From positions 1-64,000 of the IMG/VR virus record IMGVR_UViG_3300021963_007890: a stretch of DNA of 64,000 bases; one strand, given 5' to 3'. The stretch's first letter is position 1. Each line of letters starts with the position of its first letter. Of the stretch, positions 1 through 10,398 are shown one piece after another. The notes under the pieces were generated by a model. The model was given only the letters and a program-made list of their open reading frames with translations. It made no database searches and was not told the DNA's origin. The position numbers and the translations under genes were made by a program. Source of the DNA: a virus.

Positions 1-779
1 GCGACGATGGTGGTGGGGGTGGCAGTGGGTTCCCTTGGTGGATTGTAGCTGTGGGCATTGTGAGTGTGGTCACTGGTGTATGCTTCACTGGGCCCACTCT
101 GGTGCGCATGGCTGATGGCTCTAGACGAGCCATAAGAGATATCAAAATAGGTGATAGGGTATGGAATCATGACATGACCCAGGTCAATACAGTCGTGTTC
201 ATAGAGCACAAGTTCAGACAGAATATGCCTATATTTTCTCCTACAGTTGACCACGCTCCCTTTGTCACAGATAATCATCCTCTCATTGAGCAGGGCAAAA
301 TCCTCAGCGCAGATCCAGACAGACATTGGATAAATTATCCTTGGCTGGGTAAAGCAGAACCGATTCTTAATCCTGTGGTATTTCATACACCAGGTGAAAC
401 TGTCTACAACCTATGGTTAGATGGCGATCATACCTATTGGGTCAACGATTGGGCCACGCACAGTATCATAGGCAGCGGTGATTTTCTAAGGATCTGTGTA
501 GAGCAGGGTCATATTACAGCAGCAGAGGCCATTGACATACTGGAAGGTCATACTTCAGGACATCGTGCTCTAATCATAGGTAGTTATTGGGTAAATCGAG
601 CCCTTGGCCGCCTGAATGTGTCTATGATCAACAAGTATGTCAGTAGAGAGTTGGCCAAGCCCAGAGGTCTGGCCAAATCCTGTCTACGATCAGTGATGAC
701 CCTAGTGGGTGTATTAGGCGGTGCCTACTATCATCTTAAATATCATGTCTTGGGTAAAAAATTAAGGATTAGTAGGTAA
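1..779 (+). CDS. 5'-truncated protein: Gly linker, hydrophobic segment, Hint (intein/Hedgehog-like) autoprocessing domain and ~100-aa C-terminal extension
   Basis: Frame is open back to base 3 (DDGGGGGSGFPWWIVAVGIVSVVTGV), so 51 is not the true start. Hint motifs: block A CFTGPTLV, block B TDNHP (TxxH), block F/G VYNLWLDGDHTYWVNDWATHS. Confidence 0.8.
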   Translation, partial: DDGGGGGSGFPWWIVAVGIVSVVTGVCFTGPTLVRMADGSRRAIRDIKIGDRVWNHDMTQVNTVVFIEHKFRQNMPIFSPTVDHAPFVTDNHPLIEQGKILSADPDRHWINYPWLGKAEPILNPVVFHTPGETVYNLWLDGDHTYWVNDWATHSIIGSGDFLRICVEQGHITAAEAIDILEGHTSGHRALIIGSYWVNRALGRLNVSMINKYVSRELAKPRGLAKSCLRSVMTLVGVLGGAYYHLKYHVLGKKLRISR

Positions 780-786
780 GATAACC

Positions 787-2526
787 ATGGCCTTGTTAAC
801 GTTTAAGAGTACCAATAGCGAACATTATGTAGTTGGGTTAACCCTAGGCTTAGGCATAGGTTATAGAATCAGTGGTGGAGCAATTCTAGCACCTAGACCT
901 ACTGTTCAAACACTTACAACCCTCAACGGTGCTACCAGCACTTGGGTCAGTAGTGCCACCAATGTAATCATTAGTGATATTGTCTGTCCCAGTGTATTTG
1001 CCACTACACCCGAAGGCCAAGGCACAATTTATACCGTAACCATTAATAATATTGGCCTTGCGCCTCTAGTGGTAGAAACACCTATCTTCAGTAATTTGGT
1101 CACAGAGGCTAGACCGATATTTTCAGGAGGTCTCTATTCTAGCCCGCCTTGGACTATTCAACCTGGAGATAATGCCAAATTTGGCTTGAGTTATTATACG
1201 GCAGACACTGGTGTGTTCAATGAAGCCATTGTGTTTAGGACCAATGAGGCTGGTGTTTTCAAGCGTAAGGATCTTTTGGTTACCAGCAGCCAGTTATATC
1301 AGTTAACATTGACTCCTAACAATTCTAGTTTTTCCACCAGTTTGCCCAATGAGAATCGCTTGGTCCCTTATACGCTGTCGGCCAGTCTAAATGGAAATAT
1401 GTTAACTGACGTTGAGTTACAATATACGCCAACTCTGTCAGGAAATCCAGCCTGGACCATTGATTCTGTTCAAGGAAATATTGTGACTTTGAGATTTGAC
1501 AGTGCTCGGTTTAATAATGCCACAGGCACCTATGTCAGTACATTGACCATAAATGGTTATGGTGTTCAAATTCAAGCGACTTCAACAGCTAGTCACAGTG
1601 TTGACCTAGTACAGAATCGTTCTAGTTCTAGTTGGATCAGCACATTGACACAGCCCGATGCCATAATAGGAGCAAGAATAGACCTAGTAAATGGTCAGCG
1701 TACTTTGACATTGGGAGTTGGTAGTGGTGCTGATGGTTCTGATTCCTTGTCTCAGAATAACATTTACTTTAGAGCTGAGTATCTTAATCCAATCTATGGT
1801 CGTGGCAGGATACCATTTCCTTATTGGCAGACAGTATACCAGATGCCATTGACCTCAAGCACTAGTTATCTCAGTGGCAATTATAGGGTAAAGACACAGA
1901 GCGCCAGCACTAGAGATTATGATTGGTATTTTGGTCATTATAACAGTACAGGAAGTTTATTCCTAGTTGATGTTGATCCTTTTGGTAATACCAGTATAAG
2001 ACTCAATGATCTAAGAGAAACCACTCAGGGTCTAGATCCTGTGTTAGACGCCACACTAGATCGATTAACTAGAAGTTTCTATTATTATAGCTTACAGGAT
2101 CAGATCAATGGAGGACGGGTCACCCAGTTAGGCAATCGACTAGACAATAATGGTAATGTTTATGAAACTATAACGCCACCTCTGTCATTTGTTGAAACCA
2201 CAGCAGGAACTAAGGATGTAAAAATTAGATTTAGTTCGACTCACGCTCTTTATGTTGGACAGCCTATTGACATATATGATATAGTTAGAGGTTTCCTTCA
2301 ACCGTTACCTGCTTGGTTGGGGAATTATGTTGTCAAAAGTGTGGACAGTAGCACTCAAGTCAGTTATGAAAGTTCAACTGTGACCAATTGGGTATCCAGC
2401 GATATTGTCAGTGTCAGCACCACTACCTTAGTTGTTGTTCCTTCGGGAGAGTTTTGTCTTTTCTTTGCAGGATTCGATCAGACCAATAACACAGTAACCA
2501 GTTTGGTCGCTATTCCTCCTTTATAA
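787..2526 (+). CDS. Putative virion structural protein with Ig-like beta-sandwich domains
   Basis: 579 aa, Ser/Thr/Val-rich; TVTINNIGLAPLVV...PWTIQPGDNAKFGLSY resembles Ig-like (ASH/choice-of-anchor) domains. Confidence 0.5.
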   Translation: MALLTFKSTNSEHYVVGLTLGLGIGYRISGGAILAPRPTVQTLTTLNGATSTWVSSATNVIISDIVCPSVFATTPEGQGTIYTVTINNIGLAPLVVETPIFSNLVTEARPIFSGGLYSSPPWTIQPGDNAKFGLSYYTADTGVFNEAIVFRTNEAGVFKRKDLLVTSSQLYQLTLTPNNSSFSTSLPNENRLVPYTLSASLNGNMLTDVELQYTPTLSGNPAWTIDSVQGNIVTLRFDSARFNNATGTYVSTLTINGYGVQIQATSTASHSVDLVQNRSSSSWISTLTQPDAIIGARIDLVNGQRTLTLGVGSGADGSDSLSQNNIYFRAEYLNPIYGRGRIPFPYWQTVYQMPLTSSTSYLSGNYRVKTQSASTRDYDWYFGHYNSTGSLFLVDVDPFGNTSIRLNDLRETTQGLDPVLDATLDRLTRSFYYYSLQDQINGGRVTQLGNRLDNNGNVYETITPPLSFVETTAGTKDVKIRFSSTHALYVGQPIDIYDIVRGFLQPLPAWLGNYVVKSVDSSTQVSYESSTVTNWVSSDIVSVSTTTLVVVPSGEFCLFFAGFDQTNNTVTSLVAIPPL

Positions 2527-2556
2527 TATATAATTAGTAGATAACACCTTGACTAT

Positions 2557-4392
2557 ATGTTTATAGACCAGTTCCCACAACTCTCTTTTGAAGAATTTAG
2601 ATCAATAGAATACGATCCCGCAAGAGATTATGATATGGATCTCAGCCTCGCCTGTTCAAAATATAAAGTCTGCGTGGTAAAAAATTATGACCTAGAGAAG
2701 AGCAGTCAGTTAGCATTGATAAGAGATCTGCCCCATAATCCAGAAGGTAAGACAGTGATCTGGACCTATAGAGGCATTTGGTTGGCCAAGCTATTCCACA
2801 AAGGGTGGAATCCTAGGCAAGGCTATATTGAAATTGACATTCCTCGTCCTAGTTTAAGCTGGAGGAAAAATCCAGATATTGATTTCAGTATGGATTTTTT
2901 TGATAGCCCATTAGGTCAATATGAACCAGAGCCGTGGGATCATGATTATACCATGGTATGGTATATGGACCCTGTGTTTAACCCCACATCAGATAAAATA
3001 TGGGTTATGACATGTAGCGTCCTTGGCAAATCAGATAAGGGCATAAAGGATATGGGTTATCTGACTCCACAGATCACTTTAGAATTTAATCCAGAACTAC
3101 CTGATCTCAGTCTGGATACAGCTAGCTTGATGCCGGCCTATTGGGATTTAGAATATGAATGTGCCTGGTATTTAGATAAAGAACTAGCAAAAACTCAAGA
3201 TCCTATATGGGTGGCCAAGGTAACACCTGTTTATAGAAAAACTAAGGATTGGAAGTGGCTGGGATATATAACACCTGAGTTTGAAACAATTTTGAATCCT
3301 GATTTTGTTAATCTTAAATTTGATATAGATATCAATAATCTTTCATTAGATGACCTACACTATGAATGTGTCTATCTATTAGATAGATGTCATTTAGATG
3401 ACCTTGATCAAGATGATATTTGGGCTGTAAAGATTAAAGTAACTGATAATATTTTAGGTAGTAAAATTAAGGGATATATTAGCCCTAGAGTAGAATTTGA
3501 AAAAAATTCTAGTCTGATGCACGTGACAGATTTTAGTTTTCTAGATTCAGTTATTTTTAAGATAAATCAATTTAATAAAGTATTAGTTTGGTATTCTGAT
3601 CCTAAGACAACAGAGAATGAAAAAATATGGTTGGCCAAGGCTAGACTAAACAATAATATCAAGCGTGAGGTCACTGCGGCTCTTGTTCATTTAGAAATTG
3701 AAACAGTATTTGATGTATTCTTTATCAGTTATGGAGAACCAAATTCAGATGAAAATTGGCAGCGTGTTAAGGAAAAAGCCCCCAATGCTCAACGTATAAA
3801 AAATGTCAAAGGTATATATCAAGCTCACGCCAAGGCAGCAGCACAGGCTAAGACAAGTATGTTTTGGGTGGTTGATGGTGACAGCTATCTAACAGATGAT
3901 TTTGATTTTAATTTCTGTCCCGGTATATATGATAGAGATTGTACATTTATTTGGTCTAGTCGCAACCCAGTAAACGGATTAGTCTATGGACACAGTGGAG
4001 TAAAGTTGTTTCCAAAAAATATTTTTGAAAAGGAAATTGAGTTTTTAGATCTAAGCACTTCTATCAATTCAAAAATAAAAATTCGTAGTCAAATATCCAA
4101 CGAAAATAGATTTAATGTTGATGAATTTAATACTTGGAAAACCGCCTTTAGAGAAGTTATTAAGATACAACATAATATTCAACAAAAGTTAGATTTAAGC
4201 ACAAACAAGCTCAGACTTAATCATTGGCTCTTAAAAGGAGAAGATAAGATTTTTGGCTCTTACTCAATTAAAGGAGCCAAGAGTGCGCTAGAATTCTACA
4301 AGTCTCATCCCGATCAAATTAGAAAAATTAATGATTGGAAATTTCTACGAGAAAAATTCAAAGATGAAGATAAACAGGAAAAAGGTCAGTAA
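2557..4392 (+). CDS. Repeat-containing protein with C-terminal GT-A glycosyltransferase-like domain
   Basis: About four ~70-aa repeats (NP.....W..Y..VWYLD...IW.K....GYI.P), then FDVFFISYGEP...KGIYQAHAKAA...MFWVVDGD (DxD after a hydrophobic strand). Confidence 0.65.
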   Translation: MFIDQFPQLSFEEFRSIEYDPARDYDMDLSLACSKYKVCVVKNYDLEKSSQLALIRDLPHNPEGKTVIWTYRGIWLAKLFHKGWNPRQGYIEIDIPRPSLSWRKNPDIDFSMDFFDSPLGQYEPEPWDHDYTMVWYMDPVFNPTSDKIWVMTCSVLGKSDKGIKDMGYLTPQITLEFNPELPDLSLDTASLMPAYWDLEYECAWYLDKELAKTQDPIWVAKVTPVYRKTKDWKWLGYITPEFETILNPDFVNLKFDIDINNLSLDDLHYECVYLLDRCHLDDLDQDDIWAVKIKVTDNILGSKIKGYISPRVEFEKNSSLMHVTDFSFLDSVIFKINQFNKVLVWYSDPKTTENEKIWLAKARLNNNIKREVTAALVHLEIETVFDVFFISYGEPNSDENWQRVKEKAPNAQRIKNVKGIYQAHAKAAAQAKTSMFWVVDGDSYLTDDFDFNFCPGIYDRDCTFIWSSRNPVNGLVYGHSGVKLFPKNIFEKEIEFLDLSTSINSKIKIRSQISNENRFNVDEFNTWKTAFREVIKIQHNIQQKLDLSTNKLRLNHWLLKGEDKIFGSYSIKGAKSALEFYKSHPDQIRKINDWKFLREKFKDEDKQEKGQ

Positions 4393-5345
4393 TGGAACAT
4401 TCTTATATTAAATTAGAACATAGTAAACCTGAACATTCAAATTGGTTTGTTGTCAATTGGTGTTTAGGTAATACCTGTAATTTCTCCTGTAATTATTGTC
4501 CAGAAAACCTACATGACGGCAGCGTAAAATGGCCAACAATTGAAACTATTAAAAGTTTTATCAGCAGGGTAGTTGATCAGGTATCCCCTAAAAAAGTTTA
4601 TTTTGAATTTACAGGTGGTGAAGTAACACTTTATAGAAACTTTGTACAAATTTGTCAACACGTAACCAGCCTAGGTGCTAAGGTAGGCCTCATTAGTAAT
4701 GGCAGTAGAACATTACGCTGGTGGGAAGAAAATAAGCAATACTTTGATCATGTATGTCTCAGTTTTCACCCAGAATTCTCAAAGATGGATCATTTTATTG
4801 ATGTGGTGAGGCTCTTAAACAATGACGTAAGAACACATGTTAATATAATGATGGATCCCAATCAATTTGACTATTGTTATTCAGTGGCTAACAAGGTAAA
4901 AGATCTAGGAAATATCAGCATGGCTCTTCAGCCTTTGATCCACGACTTTGGTGAAGTATTATTTGACTATAACGAATTTCAAAAAAAGATTTTTGAAAAA
5001 CAACATGATCTAATTTCCAAACATATAAAGTTTACTAGAACTTTTGAATATTATCGCGGTGCTATGAAAATGGTTTATTCGGATGGAAAAACCGAAGTCA
5101 GTAGTGCTCATAGATTTTTAAGTTTTAAGACCAACGATTGGAGCGGATGGAAGTGTTATGCCGGTGTTGAACAAATCATAATTGATATGAATGGGAACAT
5201 TTTCAGAGGTTGGTGTCTTGAAGGTGGTAAGATTGGCAATATTGATGATAAAAAATTGAAACTGGTAAAGAGTCCAATATTGTGTACTAAAAAAATGTGT
5301 CATTGTAATTTTGATATAATGAGCACTAAGGAATTAATCCAATGA
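4392..5345 (+). CDS. Radical SAM enzyme 1 (N-terminal rSAM core, C-terminal SPASM/twitch-like domain)
   Basis: CNFSCNYC; FTGGEVT; SNGSR; C-terminal KCYAG...IDMNG...WC...GNI...CTKKMCHC. TAATG coupling to the upstream gene. Confidence 0.9.
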   Translation: MEHSYIKLEHSKPEHSNWFVVNWCLGNTCNFSCNYCPENLHDGSVKWPTIETIKSFISRVVDQVSPKKVYFEFTGGEVTLYRNFVQICQHVTSLGAKVGLISNGSRTLRWWEENKQYFDHVCLSFHPEFSKMDHFIDVVRLLNNDVRTHVNIMMDPNQFDYCYSVANKVKDLGNISMALQPLIHDFGEVLFDYNEFQKKIFEKQHDLISKHIKFTRTFEYYRGAMKMVYSDGKTEVSSAHRFLSFKTNDWSGWKCYAGVEQIIIDMNGNIFRGWCLEGGKIGNIDDKKLKLVKSPILCTKKMCHCNFDIMSTKELIQ

Positions 5346-6730
5346 CCGAAAAATTAAACGTACCAATTCAAACAAATGCTTTCGATACCATTTGTGATTT
5401 GAAGTGGAATTATCCTATTTTTAATTTAGACAGAGGTGAATTTCGAAGTTGTTGTAGAACCCCTAGTAGAAGAGTCAGTGATCAAGATTTAGACAACTTT
5501 GGAACTGATGCGTTTTTAAACTCACATCAAATGCTTCAAAGTAGATTAGATTTAATTAAAGGCGTTCGTAATATAGATTGTCAAAGTTGTTGGAATCTAG
5601 AAGACAAGGGTATGAAGAGTCCCAGACACAAACCTGAACAGTTTTGGCATCATCTACAAGCAAGGCGTCATATTTCTCAAGATCTTTCATATAGCGAAGA
5701 AAATTTAAGGATAGAATTAGACAAGATAAATTCTCTAGATCATCTTGCGCTTCAATCTAAACATCCTTATATGTTAGAAATTAGTTTAGGAAATACTTGT
5801 GATATGAAATGTATGTATTGTAGTCATCATTATTCAACACAATGGGCTACAGAGCGTATCAAATATAAAGAAATAACACAAGAGCAGTATGATAGGGAAT
5901 TTCCAAAAGCTCCGGAAAAGTTTAATGAAAAATTTTGGGAATGGTTTGACAGTGTTAAAATATATCTTAGAAGACTAGGTATCATAGGTGGAGAGCCTCT
6001 TATCATGCCCGAGTTTTATTCCTTTGCTGATCAATGTATCGAAAGAATGGACCAGATCAAACATCTTAGAAAAGATAAGATGAGCTTTTGGATAGTTACA
6101 AATATGAATACTCCTTCAAACTATTTAGAAAAGTTCTTTCAAAATCTCCCTAAGTTGACAGAAGTCTTTAATGTAGAAATACTTGTAAGTATGGAAAGTG
6201 TAGGACCTAGAGCTGAATATATTAGGAATGGTGTTAATTGGAAAAGATTTACTGATAATTTAGATAGACTATTGTCTAAATCAGATTTAAAATTTGATTT
6301 TGGTTTTATTTTAAGTATGAATGCCCTCAACATTGCCGGTATTTCAGAATTTATAAAATTTACAGAAGATCTTTACCTACGTTATAACAGACCAGTAGCA
6401 CTGAAACATAATATAATAAGTTTCCCTGATTGGCAGACTCCTTTTATTCTAACTTCAGATTTTGCCAAGTATATAGATGATTGTGTTGAATATATGAAAA
6501 CAAAAGTCGATGTAATGCCTTTAGTGAATGATTATTACGGTAGGTGGGATCAATATATAATATTTTTAGAAAATTTATCACAGAGTATTAAAGATAACGG
6601 CGCAGATAATACCTTAATGAGGAAAAAATTTGCAGAGTGGTTTGATACCTATGATCAAAGAAGAAAACTTAACCTGCTTGAAGTTTTTCCTGAATATAAG
6701 GATTTTTATAATTTCTGTAAAGATTTGTAA
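5342..6730 (+). CDS. Radical SAM enzyme 2 (N-terminal twitch-like domain)
   Basis: N-terminal CDLKW...RSCC...CQSCW..E; CDMKCMYC; IIGGEPL. Confidence 0.9.
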   Translation: MTEKLNVPIQTNAFDTICDLKWNYPIFNLDRGEFRSCCRTPSRRVSDQDLDNFGTDAFLNSHQMLQSRLDLIKGVRNIDCQSCWNLEDKGMKSPRHKPEQFWHHLQARRHISQDLSYSEENLRIELDKINSLDHLALQSKHPYMLEISLGNTCDMKCMYCSHHYSTQWATERIKYKEITQEQYDREFPKAPEKFNEKFWEWFDSVKIYLRRLGIIGGEPLIMPEFYSFADQCIERMDQIKHLRKDKMSFWIVTNMNTPSNYLEKFFQNLPKLTEVFNVEILVSMESVGPRAEYIRNGVNWKRFTDNLDRLLSKSDLKFDFGFILSMNALNIAGISEFIKFTEDLYLRYNRPVALKHNIISFPDWQTPFILTSDFAKYIDDCVEYMKTKVDVMPLVNDYYGRWDQYIIFLENLSQSIKDNGADNTLMRKKFAEWFDTYDQRRKLNLLEVFPEYKDFYNFCKDL

Positions 6731-8097
6731 TGGATAAACAAATTTTCATACCAATCCTTGAAATTGGCGATAAAATGCCTAGACTACGAAAAATTGCCGA
6801 AGCAATAGACAGAGAAAGCGAAATTGGTATTGCACCAATTGTTTATGGTTCAGGTGATTGGACAGAAGAACTAAGAGAGAAAGTTCCTGAAAATTTTTGT
6901 TTATATCCTTTTACACATTTTCAATTAGACCCTGATGGCCGAGCTCGTCCTTGCTGTAAATATAAAGTAGGCGACGATACTTGGCAAGCAGACGTTCCTA
7001 AATTACCCCAAGTCAACATTGGCCAATTATGGGAGCAAGAAGAATTTCAAAACCTTAGACGACAATTTTTAAATAATGAACGTCCATCGGGATGTAAAGC
7101 CTGTTGGGACGAAGAAGCAGCGGGTATTAGAAGTATGCGACTAGTAAGAGAGCGAGGAGGTAAAGAACATCCTTTTGCTACATTCTTCATCCACATTCCC
7201 AGACCTTATCCAAAAAGTCTTGATTTAAAACTAAGTAACCTGTGTAACTTAAAATGTAGGATTTGTACTCCTTTTCTTAGCACTCAATGGATCAATGAAA
7301 TAAAAGCATTGAATATTCACGATATGGGAACTGTTGAAAGTTTCTCCCGTAATTCAAGAGAAAAGTTTTTGGCAGATCCTCAAAACGAAATTATCTTGAC
7401 AAAATGGGCGAAAACAATTGAATATGTTGAGTTCTATGGCGGAGAACCATTGTTACAGCAGGAGCATGATAAGATAATTAATATCATTTACCAGCGTGGT
7501 ATTCCATCAAACACAGGACTTTATTATAATACCAATACAACTATCTGCAAAGAAGAATTATTTAAACTCTGGAAACCTTTCAGAGAAGTCTGTATAAACT
7601 TTAGTATAGATGATATTAAGGAGAGATTTGAATACCAACGAGCCAATGCCAATTGGGAACAGTCCTTGGCCAATATTCGTATGTACCAAGAACTATCTCG
7701 TAAGTATAGTGTAAACATGAAAATTCGATTGTATGTTACTGTAGGTATTCTGAATGTATGGTATATTAAAGAGTTTATTGAATATGTTGAACATCTAAAT
7801 ATTCCTGTTACATTTAATATGGTTCATTACCCACATCATTATTCGATTACAAATTTGCCAGAAGAGGTCAAGGACATTGTCAAAAAGAAACTTTTATCAA
7901 TTAATTTTAAAAATGTTTTAGATCCTCATTCTCCGACGGCAACTAATATAATTAATTTTATGTATGGAACAAAGACTGATTCTAATCAATTAAAAACATT
8001 CTTTTTAAAGACTAGAATTCATGATGAATACCGAAAAGAATCGTTTAATAATACTTTTCCAGAATTGTTTGGCATATTAAAGAAATATGAAACCTGA
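6730..8097 (+). CDS. Radical SAM enzyme 3 (N-terminal twitch-like domain)
   Basis: CLYPF...DPDG..RPCC...CKACWDEE; CNLKCRIC; YGGEPL. Confidence 0.9.
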   Translation: MDKQIFIPILEIGDKMPRLRKIAEAIDRESEIGIAPIVYGSGDWTEELREKVPENFCLYPFTHFQLDPDGRARPCCKYKVGDDTWQADVPKLPQVNIGQLWEQEEFQNLRRQFLNNERPSGCKACWDEEAAGIRSMRLVRERGGKEHPFATFFIHIPRPYPKSLDLKLSNLCNLKCRICTPFLSTQWINEIKALNIHDMGTVESFSRNSREKFLADPQNEIILTKWAKTIEYVEFYGGEPLLQQEHDKIINIIYQRGIPSNTGLYYNTNTTICKEELFKLWKPFREVCINFSIDDIKERFEYQRANANWEQSLANIRMYQELSRKYSVNMKIRLYVTVGILNVWYIKEFIEYVEHLNIPVTFNMVHYPHHYSITNLPEEVKDIVKKKLLSINFKNVLDPHSPTATNIINFMYGTKTDSNQLKTFFLKTRIHDEYRKESFNNTFPELFGILKKYET

Positions 8098-9259
8098 AAC
8101 ATTTTGTTCTCTACCATGGATTAACTTATCAACCGATGTTAATGGATCATTGCGCCCTTGTTGTAAATTTGCTCAACCAGATCCTCTGAATGAATATCAG
8201 TTGCCTAATATGAAAGAAGGCAGTTTAGATATCCTATGGAATGATATTAGGTTTCAAAATTTAAGGCAAGCATTCTTAGAAGGAAAGAAACCAAGAGAAT
8301 GTCAATGCTGTTGGGATGAAGAAGCAGCAGGGATTTCATCATTTAGAAAAGAATTTGCCAAGCATAGAAATATTAATCTTAACACAATAAAATTCACACC
8401 AATCGCCACTAATGGACCTATGGCAATGGATTTGAAACTCAATAATGTCTGTAATCTTAAGTGCAGAATTTGTGGCCCACAGGCAAGCTCTACCTTTTTA
8501 AAAGAATACCAAGAAATATTTAATATTAAAGTTGAAGATGGAGAATACTGGTTATCTAACAAGATATTAGGAACTGCCAATGAAGAAGTAATTAGAAAAT
8601 GGGCTAAAGATATTGTACATTTAGAAATCACTGGTGGAGAGCCTATGGCTAGTCCAGAAAATATAAAGGTATTACAATTACTCATAGAGGAAGATAGATC
8701 TCAATATATTACACTTTTATTGAATACCAACGGAACTTTATATAATAAAAAGTTTATTGATGTTATTTTAAAATTTAAACAGGTAATTTTCAATATATCA
8801 ATTGATGATATAGATAATAGACTCGAGTATGAGAGATATCCAACAGATTGGAATTTAATAGAATCTAATATTATAAAATTCTTAAAAGTAAGAGAATCTA
8901 ATAAAAATTTTGTAATATACCTTTGCCCTACTGTAAGTATGTTTAATGTTTATTATTTGCCTGAATATTTAAATTGGGCAAAAAGTAAAAAATTACCTTG
9001 GTATTTTAATATATTACATTATCCGCCTAACCATAGTATTAAAAATTTGCCCAATGAGATAAAAGACATTGTGGCAGAAAGATTAACAACATCTGAGTTT
9101 ACTTCAGTAAAAAACTTTTTATTATTACCTAGCGAAAGTGATATCTTCATTGAAGAGTTTATCAGATTAAATGAAGAAAGAGATGTAATCAGAAGACAGG
9201 ACTTTCATGAAACATTTGGTGAATGGGCAGCACTTCTAAATAGATATAGATCAAAATGA
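8087..9259 (+). CDS. Radical SAM enzyme 4 (N-terminal twitch-like domain); close paralog of enzyme 3
   Basis: CSLPW...DVNG..RPCC...CQCCWDEEAAGI; CNLKCRIC; TGGEPM; NTNGT. Confidence 0.9.
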   Translation: MKPETFCSLPWINLSTDVNGSLRPCCKFAQPDPLNEYQLPNMKEGSLDILWNDIRFQNLRQAFLEGKKPRECQCCWDEEAAGISSFRKEFAKHRNINLNTIKFTPIATNGPMAMDLKLNNVCNLKCRICGPQASSTFLKEYQEIFNIKVEDGEYWLSNKILGTANEEVIRKWAKDIVHLEITGGEPMASPENIKVLQLLIEEDRSQYITLLLNTNGTLYNKKFIDVILKFKQVIFNISIDDIDNRLEYERYPTDWNLIESNIIKFLKVRESNKNFVIYLCPTVSMFNVYYLPEYLNWAKSKKLPWYFNILHYPPNHSIKNLPNEIKDIVAERLTTSEFTSVKNFLLLPSESDIFIEEFIRLNEERDVIRRQDFHETFGEWAALLNRYRSK

Positions 9260-10398
9260 ATAAACTGACTAAACAGCAAATAGAAGAATATAATCTTAAA
9301 CGTACAGAATTTGATATGAATAGGACTATAGATAAGGTTAGTCCTTGTTTAGCTCCTTTTAATAATATGTATTTTACTACAGAAGGCAATGTGGCACCTT
9401 GCTGGTTATTAGTAGGACATGTAGATAAGTGGACTCCTACACGAAGTATTAAAGATATATGGTTTGGAGAGAAGTTTACTGAATATAGAAACAATCTAAA
9501 AGAAGGTATATTCGAAAGCAAGTGTAGAATCTGTAAACAGAAGATTGAAGCAGATACTTGGCCTTTGGCCTTGGCCTATGACGGTTTCAGTATTAAAAAT
9601 TATCCCACTTTATTAGAATTAGAACTGAGCAATCAATGTAACCTAGAATGTATAATGTGTGAAGGCAGATTAAGTTCTGGTATTAGAAAGAACAGAGACA
9701 AGCTACCAGCATTGCCACAGGTATATGATGCTGTATTTGTTGAACAATTAAAAGAATTTATTCCACATCTAGAAGAGTTGCGTTTCAATGGTGGAGAACC
9801 GTTCGCACAAAGGATTGTATATGATATTTGTATGTTAGTGGCTGAATTACATCCTACATTAAGAATTAACATTGCTACTAACGGAACAGTTTATAATAAA
9901 CAAGTTAAGAATATATTAGATAAATGTAATGTTCATTTGAATATCAGTATTGATAGTTTAGATAAAGATAACTATGAATCAATACGTATCAATGGCAACT
10001 TTGAAGATCTAATGAACAATTTTAAGTTATTCAATGCCTATTGTAAAGAAAATGACCGCGGATTAAGTGTAATGGTAAATCCTATGCGTAATAACTGGTG
10101 GGAAATGCCAGAGTTTGTTAAGTTTACGACAGATAATGAAGTACACCTTTGGTATAATACAATTCATCATCCTGAACATTTGGGTATATGGAACTTATCT
10201 AGTGGCGAACTTGATATTATATTACAGACATTAAGACCTAGGGTAGAGGAATTAACCCCACTTAATCATGATAATTATACAGCATTTGGTAATTGGCAGA
10301 AATTAGATCATTTTGTAAACAAACAGGTTGCCAACTGGCATAATAAACAATTACAGCGAAGCAATAAAATAATACCAATTTCTAAGATAGTGGATTAA
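9256..10398 (+). CDS. Radical SAM enzyme 5 (N-terminal SPASM/twitch-like domain)
   Basis: CLAPF...EGNVAPCW...CRIC; CNLECIMC; NGGEPF; ATNGT. Confidence 0.9.
   Translation: MNKLTKQQIEEYNLKRTEFDMNRTIDKVSPCLAPFNNMYFTTEGNVAPCWLLVGHVDKWTPTRSIKDIWFGEKFTEYRNNLKEGIFESKCRICKQKIEADTWPLALAYDGFSIKNYPTLLELELSNQCNLECIMCEGRLSSGIRKNRDKLPALPQVYDAVFVEQLKEFIPHLEELRFNGGEPFAQRIVYDICMLVAELHPTLRINIATNGTVYNKQVKNILDKCNVHLNISIDSLDKDNYESIRINGNFEDLMNNFKLFNAYCKENDRGLSVMVNPMRNNWWEMPEFVKFTTDNEVHLWYNTIHHPEHLGIWNLSSGELDIILQTLRPRVEELTPLNHDNYTAFGNWQKLDHFVNKQVANWHNKQLQRSNKIIPISKIVD

Noticed and set aside
81-470. Canonical mobile intein
   Set aside because: No homing endonuclease, terminal His-Ser instead of His-Asn, and no Cys/Ser/Thr at the following +1 position.
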